NCBI GenBank assembly: GCA_002633005.1
Contig: NMRA01000043.1
Location: forward strand, 462,018-526,017
Origin: Phoronis australis
Taxonomy: Eukaryota; Animalia; Phoronida
Reading direction: 5' to 3'
DNA: 64,000 nt
Position numbers and translations under genes: made by a program. Below, piece by piece: positions 1 to 12,048 of this stretch (within the stretch, counting starts at the first letter, position 1; each line of letters opens with the position of its first letter). The notes below the pieces were generated by a model, which ran no database searches, was not told where the DNA came from, and saw nothing but the letters and a program-made list of their open reading frames with translations.

Positions 1-3000
1 CTTATTAGAATTATAAAATGGTCACTAGATGGTACCGAATACATAAAACTCGTTTGAAAATGGGAAGGTGTCATCACTTTCGGAAAAGAAATTTATTTGC
101 AAAGATCTTGCTGGAGGTTTAGGAGATACAGCCGCACACGCAAAAAATGCCACAAGGGGGCACCAAAGTAGGTGAACGCATCAGAAAATACAAACATCAT
201 TTGTGCTCTTGTTAGTAGGGCACAATTGGGAAGTTTCACTCTGATCCTTTGAGTGGCTTGGTGGTCAAGAAGTAAAAATTCATCAAGGCTCTCCGAAGAT
301 ACATAAAACAGTGAAATTGCTATCAGGGGACACATTGGTATTCAGATCCATCTAAAAGTCGCGATCATCTGTTATCTCCATAGGAACAATTTTCATGAAC
401 ATCCTCCAATGGGCTTTGGAAACAGCAGTAGATGCTGGACACCCTGACGTCACACAGAGAATCAGATGATGGCAATACTCGACCACACATAAATACGTGG
501 GCGCATAGCAAGCAGACAAAGTAGTTTAATAACCAAATGGTTTCTCTCGAGCACAATTTTTAAAATAAAGAAAAGTTAATAAATCTCTGTGATGTATAGA
601 ATAGCCTGAGTTTTAAAATAATGTAAAAATACACTTAGCCAATGGAAATTTACTAAATCGTTGTAAACAATAACCTTTCAATTTAAGCCATTCAAAGGAA
701 AGATGGTCATTAAATCTTAACTCTTCGCTGAATACTTTCCAAGCAACACAATGGTCGCTTAAAATAGTCAATCGAGATAAATGTCATTTGAAACCTGGGA
801 TTTTCTAGATATATAATGACACGGAAAACGAACCATTAAGTTATTGGACAAACAAGTGCACTGCAACTGGCCTTCAGGACAAAGAAACAGCAACAAGACA
901 CAGGAAGTAAATATTTACGTGTCAGCTGGATTAGTCCTAACAAAACAACTCTACAGTAATAAATATCTAGTCACCATGACCAAAACAACAATTTCATCCA
1001 AAAGCTTGTCAACTTCCCCAAGAACTATGAATCAACAAAAAACTGATTTAATAACTTAAATGAAAATCATACTGCACTGATAAATTCAAAGGCTAGTTCA
1101 AAAACATTATAGGAAGATTATAATAATCTAAGCGACAGATTACTATATCACCCATGATAGGTGATAGAACAGAATTCATAATTCACTCAGACATGTAGCC
1201 AAAGTCCAGAGACATTGTCCTATAACATGTCACCAGCATATCTATGATTTCAAGATAGGAACATTAAAAGTTGACTGACACCTTAAGCTATGTTCACACA
1301 GGTAAAGAAGTGCAACTTGACCCATGAATAAGTCTGATCGGGTCAGATGCAACAGACCCCCCACCGGAATCGTCAATGTATCAGCAGAGTGAGGAAGATC
1401 TTGGTACAAACAAGACCCTGGCACAACCTGACAGTCAGAGTTGGCCCCCAAGCTATATGAACTATTCAGCTGCCTTGTTTTCTTTGGAATCAATAAGACC
1501 TAGTTGCACAATGATATCATTGGCTTTGTTTACTCAGGCGAGAAAAATTCACTGAAAAACTTATAGCCCTCATTGCCAAGGTATTGGTGAATACAAACAC
1601 AGAGTACCTCAGTTTGGCGCCAAACAATGTCTGACAAACACAAGGTGATTTCAAGTCCATAACTTAACACTCTATGAAAAACACTACACTTGGCATCTAT
1701 AGAAAACTAGTGTGCTACTATACTTTACAGTAAAGATTTGAGAGTAAGGAGTTGACTTTGTGCAATATGAGAACGGGATATTTTTTGTTTGTTTTGTTTT
1801 GTTTTGTATTTTTGGACACATTTTTTAACTTCAAGTGATGTGAGAATTTTTGTTACCCCATGAGACAGGAAGCCCGCTATTGGGAGGGTAAGCGTTTGTT
1901 GAGGCCCAGACTCATTTGACATCATCAAATCCTGTGCCTAAGGGACAAAATCACCTACTTGCACATAAAAGTTCAATTAACTCAGGACATTCAAGTGATT
2001 TGATACAGGAGAAGAAGCGCCTTGCACTGTAATAAGCTTTCCACAGAACTGTGAATTTAGGAAGCATTAACATGTTCCCAAAGATTCAGAATCGTATCGT
2101 CTGATATGCTGTAACGTCATTACTCATAAAATTACTGGCCAGAGGGAAACTCAAAACAAATTTCCATAGTTGTGTTGTAAATTGGTTTGGCCAAGGGACA
2201 TCGTGTGACACAGCTGTTCACTATAGAAGACTATAGGGTGTTGGGACAGGGGTGTGTCCCCAAGGTAGTGTTGGGACATGGACGTGTCCCCAAGGTAATG
2301 TTTTAACTTTCCACTACATGTTATGTTGTAAATTTGAAACTTGAAGGATTATGACCCAATGCGCAATTCCGTGGCAGCTCTTGATCAACATACTTGATAA
2401 AGAAAAAATCAGGAGTTATAAATAGCTCCCACTTTAATAGGGTGTCTACCGTCGCGTGGACAACATTGGGATCCGCAATCACACATTTTAATGATACTGA
2501 AATCTACATCTGAAAGGTTAGTGCATGGACTTTTTTAAAATCCAGTCATACAGCATAAATTTTCTCCATAGACCCCATTATTGGTTCCAATAATCCACAT
2601 AAATAATACGCTGAATGAATGACAGTGTGTGCAGAACGACACAACATGGCACCATCAAATATTTCCCCTGGCATTAAACAGGCAATGTAGGCTGCTGGGA
2701 TGTCCTAAAATAAGTCAAAATTACATGCAAATACAGAATGATGGATTTTCAAGACAAAGAAGAGTTACTATTCAGTATTGGTGAATGGACTGAGAAAGGC
2801 AGAAGTCGGCAATTTTGGTCTAGATCTTAGCAGCGGCTTTAGAAGAGTTCTTGCGCAACGCCCAGATGCTCAGCCACTATAGACGATATTAGTGCAAGAA
2901 CTCATAACTTTTGATGTTCACATTAATAAAACTGCTTACTAATATATCTTATACCTTCATGTTGGGTAACAAGCTATAGAGTTCAATAGCCATGGAATGA

Positions 3001-4941
3001 AAGTAGACAGCTGCCAGTATGCAGAGATGTATGACAAAGACACAAAGAAATTTACAGCCAAGATCAGTTTTTAATGCCCTTTGTCTACTCCAATCCAGAT
3101 AAAAGACCAGGAGCTAACTGTACTTTAAGACTTGAATAGCCATTCAAGTAAAGAGGATGTTATGTAACTTAACAAAAGGACTTCAACCTACATCCAAGTG
3201 TTTAAAACTCCTAAGAATTTTGTCAAGTTGATTTTGTTCACTTTCCAAATACAGCAGTGGAAATGTGGTTTGATAAAAACCTCTTTATATCTAAGTTCTC
3301 CAGCACATAGAGTGCATCACCTTGTCAATTAATACAGCTAGCTACACAGGTGATGTAACAAAACAACAAACTTCATTCTCTGACGGCTTCAAAAACACAG
3401 TTGTTGGCCTTGATTTCTTTACCACCAATTGAAAGCCACCTCTCCATCAAGTTACTATTGCACTTTTAAACTGCATATAAAGTGCATACACAACATTCAG
3501 TGAACTGAATAACTGCAATTAAATCGATGTAACTTGAGACAATATTCAAATTCTCTTAATTACCAAATTTCATTGATTTCAACCTTGCTGAAACCGTTGC
3601 ACTATGGACTTCCAGATAAAATCACTACTTACTTGATATTTGGTATTTTTTGGCCTGGTAAAACCTGAAAAAAAGTTAATCAGATTTTAGTGATAGACGA
3701 TAAAATCAAAAGCTGAAAATTCTGAAAGATGAGGGTGAAATTACATAATACCCCATGATTCCTGTTTCTTTAAATCATGTTCAAAACAAAGAACCTGCTT
3801 TCTTTTAAAACACTGTAAAACTGGCATCAAAAGAGTATTACTAAATCTTTTGTCATCAAAGATTTTGTGTACAAGCTTGACAAATTCACATTGCTTCTCA
3901 GTTGTGATAACATGAAAGACACCTTGTGATTACACATTAGCAATGAGTGAGAAACATTGCAGTCAACTATGAGGATAGTGAGAAACATTGCAGTCAACTC
4001 CAAATACACTAATCCCTTGACAACACATTTAAGGTTCAAAGTTTGAAGTCATCAAACATCTTTAAATGTTTCCTAGCATGAAAATTCAAATGCAAACCTT
4101 GTTTCTCACATTAGGGCACAATCAGGTAATTTTCAGGACTTGTTTTCATCGCAAATGGTAATGTCAAATCTAAAATCTATCTGGTCTGTTTACACCAAGC
4201 TCTAGCCAATTTACAACTTGGCATGACGCTTTCATCGGTCATTTGTCTCGCAATCTCCAGGTGTTACAGAGCTCTTCCTTAATCAGCTTGATGCTTAGCT
4301 TAACGCCAAGTTGCATTTGAGAGCTGATTGCTGGGGGCAAATGTGCTGATTTCACAAAATAAACGGAACAATTGTGAATCAACGGAAATGAATTTAGGAA
4401 AACTGTTAGTAACTTAAAGTATTGGAGACAACACGAACTTCAGAACAAATGTAGGGGACTATTGTCTGACTTTGATACTCGCTGCGGCTACTTCATGGTG
4501 ACTTGAGATTTTCCTCAAGTGGCCAAGCACAATGTAAGGTCGCACTGGCAACCTGCAGGCTGCCTATGTGTCAAATCGAGCGCTGTTAATGATAAACCAA
4601 TAGATTTTAGAAATGGTGTTTCTACATCACCACCTCAAAGTGGTTTCAGGAAGTCAAGTGGTAGCATTAAATTTCATTACCTGTCTACAGAAATATTACA
4701 GCTTCCACCGACCATTGATAGCTATCAGAACTGTATTCTAACAAAACAGGTTTCAGCATCTACCTTTCTCATGCTTCATAAATACATGATATTTCCAACC
4801 CTTAATAAAGTGGTTTGAAACTAAACTACAAGTATTAGGCACCCTGATTTTCTGTTCCCAAAAACAGAGAAATTTGTTTTAGAATATATAAAATTCTGTT
4901 TTTTCCATTTTGTTAATTATCAAATTTATTCCTTTTTACTA

Positions 4942-6422
4942 CTGTAATCGCCCTAATAAGTGTCCAGGGCGCTTAGAAAAATTCGTTTCAGGAGGGGGGG
5001 TGCCAAAGGCAGTTGAAACTCAGTCTCTGAAACGGGTGAAAACTTAAGCTAGGACTCATCAAACACTCTGTGACGTATCTGTAACCTATGACAGACTTTC
5101 TACAAAATTGTGGTGCATTGCTATCAAGCTTTGTAGTTAAATTACGATCATTTTTCAGAAAATTGTGCTGAAATCCCAGGGTGAAAACTCACCGACTGAT
5201 GCGTCGGTGCCTCACGATCGTCAATAGAGTAACTTGAATTCTTGAATAAAAATACAGTTTCGAAACAACAAATTATCTGGAAGTCCTCCTTAAGTTTTCA
5301 AAATAGCGTCCCTAAGATTTTTAAGTTCTTGTGGAGTTCGGATTAACTGCATCTTAAGTCCAAATCAGCGCTAGATCGTACCCCGCAACACAAGAAAAGT
5401 CTCTGGACAAACACACACGTTATTGTCAAGTGACGTTTGTTTTGAAGTTCGTTTGCGTATTGTGTGAGTGTGCAAGCGCGTGGGTGTCTTCAGAGTTCAT
5501 TTGCTAGAGTAAACGCAATGTAACAATCTAGGTGTGCATTGTAACTAAAGAAATTAACACAACCAGTAAAGCAGAACGTGTTTTATTTAGCATCTGTTGA
5601 TCTCATCTGCTAAAAAATGTTCGAGAATATTTGTTGATGAGTCGCCAAGTGACTGGATGCGTGACAGTCTAACAGTTATTTTTCGGGAGATTCGGGGAGT
5701 GTAAGGGTGATGAAGCGTTCACTATCAGTGGCTTATTTGGACTTTAAAAACACCAATGATGATTAATTAAATAATTCCTCCTAAAAATAATGTGAACATT
5801 TTTTACGGAATTAGAAACTTTTAGAAAAATGTGCCAATATTTATTTCTTGCCAATGCTATTCTACCCGTTTCATGAATAGATAGTTCCCAAAGACTAATG
5901 TCTTCAATGACAGGTACATGTTTGTAGCGTGTGCTTCCTGGCCACATGCTTTTAACAATGGTCAAGTTTTTTACTAGTCTTCGATTCGCGGTTTTCACGT
6001 GTACAAAGACATTTGGATTCCAGCTGAGAGAGAAGATCTGTACAGGGAAAGATACAATACAATCCCTTTGACAAGTGCGCTATGTCTGTTCCGAAAGGCC
6101 AGGCCATAATGGGATACGTTCCTCACAAGATCAGCAAAACTTTTGCTTTCTTTTTGAAGCACAGTGGAAGTTTGAAGTGTATAGTCACGGCTAAATACCG
6201 ACATAGCAACGAGGCTCGTGGTCTACAAATTCTGCATTAAGTAATTTTTTCAGGACTGTGGGATCTTATTGATAAATTGAAGCAGTTACTGTAGAATTTT
6301 AGAACTGTAGGCAAGGCATTTTTCGCATGTACATGTTCATGGACTGGGCGATTATTTTAGCAAAGCCTGAAAACATGTGGGGGTGTTTATAGGGGCATGG
6401 GTACTTATTAGGGCAAATACGG
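4942..6422 (+). mobile_element. pogo/Tc1-mariner-like DNA element carrying a degenerate HIRAN-like ORF
   Basis: TA|CTGTAATCGCCCTAATAAGT at the left end; the right end reverse-complemented reads CCGTATTTGCCCTAATAAGT. Internal HIRAN-like remnant at ~5978-6293. Confidence 0.6.
5978..6293 (+). pseudogene. Frameshifted HIRAN-like domain remnant
   Basis: Manual translation: SSIRGFHVYKDIWIPAEREDLYRE, frameshift, NPFDKCAMSVPKGQAIMGYVPHKISKTFAFFLKHSGSLKCIVTAKYRHSNEARGLQI*. This matches the recalled RGYHVY..W / NPxD.xAV / VGHVP pattern of invertebrate HIRAN-like proteins. Confidence 0.6.
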
Positions 6423-9400
6423 GATTTCAAAAGTGTATACCATAAAAATGATCTGGAAGTGCCTTAATTTTTCCACTACATTATGTCGCAGCTTTGCTTT
6501 ACAGAGAATTTGCTGCACGACAAGAACTGTGTCACCTTCAGAAATAATGAACAAATACTTGAACATGTCCATAGCAAAATGATTGTCAATTGATTTGTTG
6601 TCAGAAAATGAATTTGATGGATGATATCATTATTTTTTGGAAATTAAAATAAAAAATACAAGATTGTGGTATCAATTACTGAACTATAGGAATTCCATTT
6701 TGACATTTTATTTTGTAAAAAATGTCAGATTCTGTAAAATTCTGTCCGTTTTCCATTATTACAGGAAACCAGGATCCCTACAAGTACAAGTGTTACCATC
6801 TTTTCGAGCACTGAACTGGACAATGGGTGATGCATGACAACCATGGTAACAACCTGTGAAATGTTCCCGTACTACATAAGTTCCTTAGCCCATAACCGGA
6901 CAAAGTAGTTTTCCCAGAGAAATTACCATGTTCACGCTCAATTAAATGCAGAAATTTTATATTTGATGAAGTTTGCACATAAACTTATGAACAGGTTTCA
7001 GGCAGTCAAACAGGTCATAAATACACCTTTTGTATAAAACAAGACATGTGTAGATTCTACCATACATTGAACAAAGACAGAATAATGGTTTTATTGATTA
7101 AAGCAACTGGACCTGTTTCCTCGGGATAAATAACAATCTTTTCGAAGCGGCTTAATGTTTCAACACACGCTGTTGAAACTTCATTACCGAACTAAAAACA
7201 AGTTTTGCAATCGCTCAACATTCTCTTTAGAAAAATAATATTTGTGTTTTATGCATGATTCTTTCATAAACCTATATTTAATAGCTCTTAATTAATTGCT
7301 GCTTCTTAACCATACTATTACATCCACGATTTTTAGATTACATACCTTGAACTGATATGTGCTAAATGGCATCACAAATTTCAAGTTTTTACATTCTAAG
7401 TTAAATATTTTGAAAAATCTGAAGCAAAAACCTAAGAATAACAATTAACGATAAAACTAACTTGTTTTGAATTACACAGGTTGGTTGTGAAGTGAAGAAA
7501 GAACAGGTTGGTACTATCATCATTTCTAAGCCTTCTTGACCAACTTACACAAAAATCTAACCTATTATTTACACATGCATAACATTTTTTCCAATCATCT
7601 TGAGGTATTACAATGTTCCTAGAATGAACACAGGTATCTGGTACACTCACTGTTGGCACTTGGAATGAATTCAAGTGTATAGCACTAGATCTAGTCGCAG
7701 AAGCAATCACAGATAACATTGGTTTGTGAAGCAATCAATGAAATTCTCCCAGTCAACGCCAAGGGACACACATGGGTTAGTCAGATTTGACAGTCCTTCA
7801 TTTGGAACCAGTTACTTCCACTGAATAATGCTTGTTATATAGTGACGTAGCTGGTTCTTTTCTGGGACCATTACATCCGACTTGTAACATGCAATATGAT
7901 CACTTCGACTACTTTGACGTTCCTGTCCCGAGGAATGCTCAACTGATTTCTTTATACGATTGATAAAATGGAATGTGTCACAAATATTTCATAAAATAGC
8001 TGCCTGTGAATAACAGAATGATTACAAAAACACTGACAGCACTTAGCTATTCAGTACTGTACTTCCCTTTAAGCATTTTGTAATAGATATAATAAGTCAA
8101 CTATCAACAACAAGTCTCGATATTGTAATGTCGTAAGAAAACGTGGTTGGCAACAGAGTTTCTTAGTAGGTGTTTCTATGGTTGGACTTAAATTAATTGT
8201 AAAATAAACATAAAGGATCAAAGGAAAATCAAAAAAGCCACAAATTATTGACAAATAAATTTGCTTTTACCAGGTTTCGTACTTTTTTAGTGTATTTTAT
8301 ACTCAAGAACTATCTCGGGCTCCTAGAAAAAATAATTAGTTGTCAAGCTATCCAGGAAGATTCTCAATATACTGCCTGTAGCACTAGTCAGTTGTATAGG
8401 CTGGTGGATCATGTCTACTTTTACCAGATACGACATCCACATCCAACCAGTAGTCATCCCCCAATTCACAGAATATCGGCTCTCTCTCTTGCAACTTATA
8501 TAAAGCAGTATTTTGCTGCCGTTTAGCTGACTAAAACCAAAAATGACATTAGGCCACTTACCCTCACACAATCAGTCTCATCAGGGCTTGTGGCCAATGA
8601 CAAAAAAGTGGAAAATTTTCCAGGTGTATTATTCCACAAATAAATAGGCTTTTGTGATAGAAATATCTTTTGTCATGTAAAATTTAACTGAAATAAACGT
8701 TTTTGTGTGAAAAAACAAAATATTGATAAAAAGAGACAAAAAGGAGAACCTGGAAAGCAAAGAAAAGGAAATCAAAAGAAAATACTATAGACAGAGAGTA
8801 AACGCACATACCTATTGCATGTGACTTAAGCAGGTAATAGAAAAAGAACCCTATTACTGTACAGAATATTATGAAACCATTTTATGAGACTACACAGGAC
8901 AAAATACAGCTTTAATTACATCAGCATACCCACCCCTTATAGTGTATCCGCGACCAACACCCTAACGCTTTTCATTGAATTAACAAGTATTTATATGGTT
9001 TCATCTATTACACTGAATTTCATTCAAGTCTTGTATGCAAACAGCTTGCACTGCGTGCGTGCCATCTAGTTTACTGCACCATACGTAAGCAAAATCGAAA
9101 GATTTTTTAATGCGGATAGTATCAAGTTGAAGTAGCAGAGAAAGTAAACAACTGGCAATTTTCTTTTTTGGAAAATTCGCAAATTTGAAGCAGACATGTA
9201 TGTTAAAAAGTATTACAAATTCTTAAATTGAATTCAAATTACTTAAAGTTATTACTTGTCAGGAAATCATGACTTCTACAGACGTGCATTCAGAAGTGTC
9301 GACTTTTGGGGGTTGATTGTTGTACTTCTAACACTTGTGATATTTTAGATTCTTGATCGATTTTCTCTTAGGCAGCACTATTCAAACGCCCAGAGAAATG

Positions 9401-9661
9401 TGTAAGCTTTTCCAGAAATATTTCAGAATTTATATGGAAGTACAAAATAATGTGAAAAGGTGTCGAAATTGTGAACACATACGATACGGTACAAGCACTG
9501 GTTGAATATCATGGTCCATGATTCGTAAAACCAGTCTGATCCACCGAATGCCATGTCCGTTGTTCGGTGATTCTCTCATTCTCAAAATCAGGGATCGTTA
9601 TGTATGAACTGATGAAAATGGAATGAGAAGAAATTCAACAAGAGAAACAGATCCAACTTAC

Positions 9662-9717
9662 TTGTAATGGGACACCATCAACCATATATCTTAGTTCTGT
9701 ATCCGTTTGGATAAACA
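9662..9717 (-). CDS. TMEM131: Probable TMEM131 exon 2
   Basis: Strong acceptor TTTTTGTTTCAG and donor CAA|GTAAGT, phase-compatible with exon 1. Encodes VFIQTDTELRYMVDGVPLQ, resembling the TMEM131 N-terminus (human AFVQSESIIEVLRFDDGGLLQ, recalled). Downstream exons were not identified in 1-9600. Confidence 0.6.
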
Positions 9718-9914
9718 CTGAAACAAAAATCATGGCATAAGACATTGTCACGACTAAGGTCATGCCTAAAATCATAACAAAGCAGCATGGCTGTTCACGC
9801 CACACGACTCGGCAAAACAATAACAAGTAGAAAAGGACTCAAGTTTGGAGCACTGAAATAAACACGAAATATCCAAGTACAGTGAGCATTGGGTACAACA
9901 TTTCAGCTCCATAC

Positions 9915-10038
9915 CTTGACCATGGCTTTCTACGGCGTCTGTTAACTGTCTGTATAAGCTTAAAATATTAAAAACGAGTAGAAATTTTGTTAACATTAAG
10001 GTCATCTTTTCTTGTCTCTGACCATTGATACGCGCCAT
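9915..10038 (-). CDS. TMEM131: Probable TMEM131 exon 1 (signal peptide)
   Basis: AACATGGCG start context. Encodes MARINGQRQEKMTLMLTKFLLVFNILSLYRQLTDAVESHGQ with a hydrophobic signal-like core. Donor CAAG|GTATGG in phase 1. Confidence 0.6.
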
Positions 10039-10049
10039 GTTCTACTCTC

Positions 10050-10560
10050 TGAATAAGCTGAGCTATGAAATCCAATTTTCATTTTTATTGAATTAACTAG
10101 ATCTAACGATAAAATATTAAAAATACTTTGAAGTAGAATTGTCCTTGGCTATTGTACTGGAGAATTTTTTATATGTTATGATAATGAAGACAAAAAATTA
10201 CTTCGAAAGTTATTCACGAATTGATAAGTAGTTTTTGCAACAACTTGACAACAATAAGCAGTTAGTAGGAAGGCTTGCCATTGGTCAATGAATTATACAG
10301 GCCAAATCATAAATACAGTGTTCATGATCTAAAGCCTTAGACAAAAGACTTTTAGAGGGTCATTGGCACCATGAATTCCTTCGATTACAATTTAAGGTGT
10401 TGTATGACTGTGCCTTGTATTCTCATTAATTTACACGAAACGTAAAATCAGCTAAATTTCAACAAATGCGAAAGTCACTCAAGCCAATGAAAGAGGGTCT
10501 AACAACCGGATAAATCTTTTGTCGTCCGCTCGAAAGAGGGCGCACTTGACCAACGAGAGA
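10050..10560 (-). promoter_or_regulatory. Putative promoter of the minus-strand (TMEM131-like) gene
   Basis: CCAAT/ATTGG boxes at ~10280 and ~10484, just upstream of the start codon. Confidence 0.35.
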
Positions 10561-10629
10561 TATGTTCCCTCTCAGAGTCCAATAAACAACGAGATGGAAA
10601 TAAAAGGATGTACCGTACCGGCCTGTTGA

Positions 10630-12048
10630 ATATTTAGGACAAGACGCAAACCTGGGTACAGTTCATTAACGCCAGGACACACGCAAAATTTAGCCATAAT
10701 CACGTGTTCTCATTTAATATACACGACAATGTCCCAGGTAATCTCGCGAAGTCTTGCTTTGGAGCCGGAGGGCTCAGCGTTCATGTACCTGGTGGTTGCC
10801 TACTGAATTATACTGTATAAAAGTTACACGCCATATACCAACAATGACGTCGCATTATCACGCGCCACGTTGTTATTGTTGAGCAATGCACCTGACGTCA
10901 CACAACAATCAAACTTTTATCCAGAGGAAAATTTTGAAGTTGTTCATTCTTTCTTAGTTATCCACACTATACATAGGCGGATTTAGGGGGGCCAGGGGGC
11001 CCGGCCCCCCCCCCTTGGCTGCCGCAAAAAAAATAAAACAGTAAGAGCGCAGGGAAATGTTGAGTTTATTAATTAACCCCGGTAATTAAAATTATACGGA
11101 TGAGAAAAGATTTAAATGTGTGCAGTTTTAGTGTTGGGGAGGGGGGGGCTCAAATCCAATTTCAAGTGTCAAATTCGGAACACGGCGCATTCGTAACGGA
11201 ACTATCACGGCTAAGTATAGGCTCTCCCGCGATATCGCAGGCTACCGGCAGTGGCGCTGCGCACTACGACTCCGTTTCCGTCGTCTGCTCCACTGTGCAA
11301 TGAAGAAAATTTAATTCAATTTTTAAGGAAAATGGAACCTGAGTGACGATGAAAAAACAGAAGCTGCTGGTAAGATGTGAATTTTAATCGAAGCCTTAGT
11401 GAATCACTCAGAAACTTGCAATACTCTTTTTGCCAAACCTTATCTCAAAAGACGATTTCCAAAGCAATCCCGTCATTATTGCCAACACGAAAAATGGATT
11501 TGGTCTTTTTGGCATTTGAAGACTATTTTAAATACGACAAATTTGTTAAGAATCGATGGCACAAAATATAAAAGTATAATAAGCATTACAAAAAGAAGTA
11601 GGTTTCGCGCGCAAACGCTGTGGACCATAAACAAGTAGGTCTCTTAGTATGTAATTATTAGGTAATTCGTGGTGGTGTAGTGGCAACGCACGCGNATATT
11701 TAGGACAAGACGCAAACCTGGGTACAGTTCATTAACGCCAGGACACACGCTAAATTTAGCCATAATCACGTGTTCTCATTTAATATACACGACAATGTCC
11801 CAGGTAATCTCGCGAAGTCTTGCTTTGGAGCCGGAGGGCTCAGCGTTCATGTACCCGGTGGTTGCCTACTGAATTATACTTCAGGGCGGCACTGCATAAA
11901 AGTTACATGCCATATACCAACAATGACGTCGCATTATCACGCGCCACGTTGTTATTGTTGAGCAATGCACCTGACGTCACACAACAATCAAACTTATCCA
12001 GAGGAAAATTTTGAAGTTGTTCATTCTTTCTTAGTTATCCACACTATA
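10630..12048 (+). repeat. ~345-bp direct duplication (10630-10971 and 11696-12048) across an assembly N
   Basis: Near-identical copies differing by a few SNPs and small indels. Copy 2 starts immediately after the N at 11695. Confidence 0.9.
10972..11694 (+). mobile_element. Truncated DNA-transposon/MITE left end (CATAGGCGGATTTAGGGGG...)
   Basis: Terminus resembles the CAGGGGCGGATCTAG MITE at 14735. No right end is seen before the N gap. Confidence 0.45.

Larger units (their letters stand above)
4836..6780. mobile_element. hAT-like non-autonomous DNA element (TAGG termini) hosting a nested pogo-like element
   Basis: Left end TAGGCACCCTGATTTTCTG matches the reverse complement of the right end, TAGGGATCCTGGTTTCCTG. 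Flanks CAAGTAT / CAAGTAC form an imperfect target-site duplication (TSD). Confidence 0.5.

Noticed and set aside
2238-2302. 30-bp tandem duplicate with GGGACA..TGTCCC hairpins
   Set aside because: Only two units, with no context suggesting function.
8270-8690. Candidate further minus-strand exons (e.g. SAKRQQNTALYKLQEREPIFCELGDD...)
   Set aside because: In-frame stops, an implausibly short 31-35-nt intron, and no similarity to the expected TMEM131 FEPP..LDF..QPVGMP segment.
9660-9960. Long minus-strand frame interrupted by a single TGA (possible selenoprotein or readthrough)
   Set aside because: Better explained by TMEM131-like exon 1 / intron / exon 2, with the TGA intronic. No Sec-type motif or SECIS was recognised.
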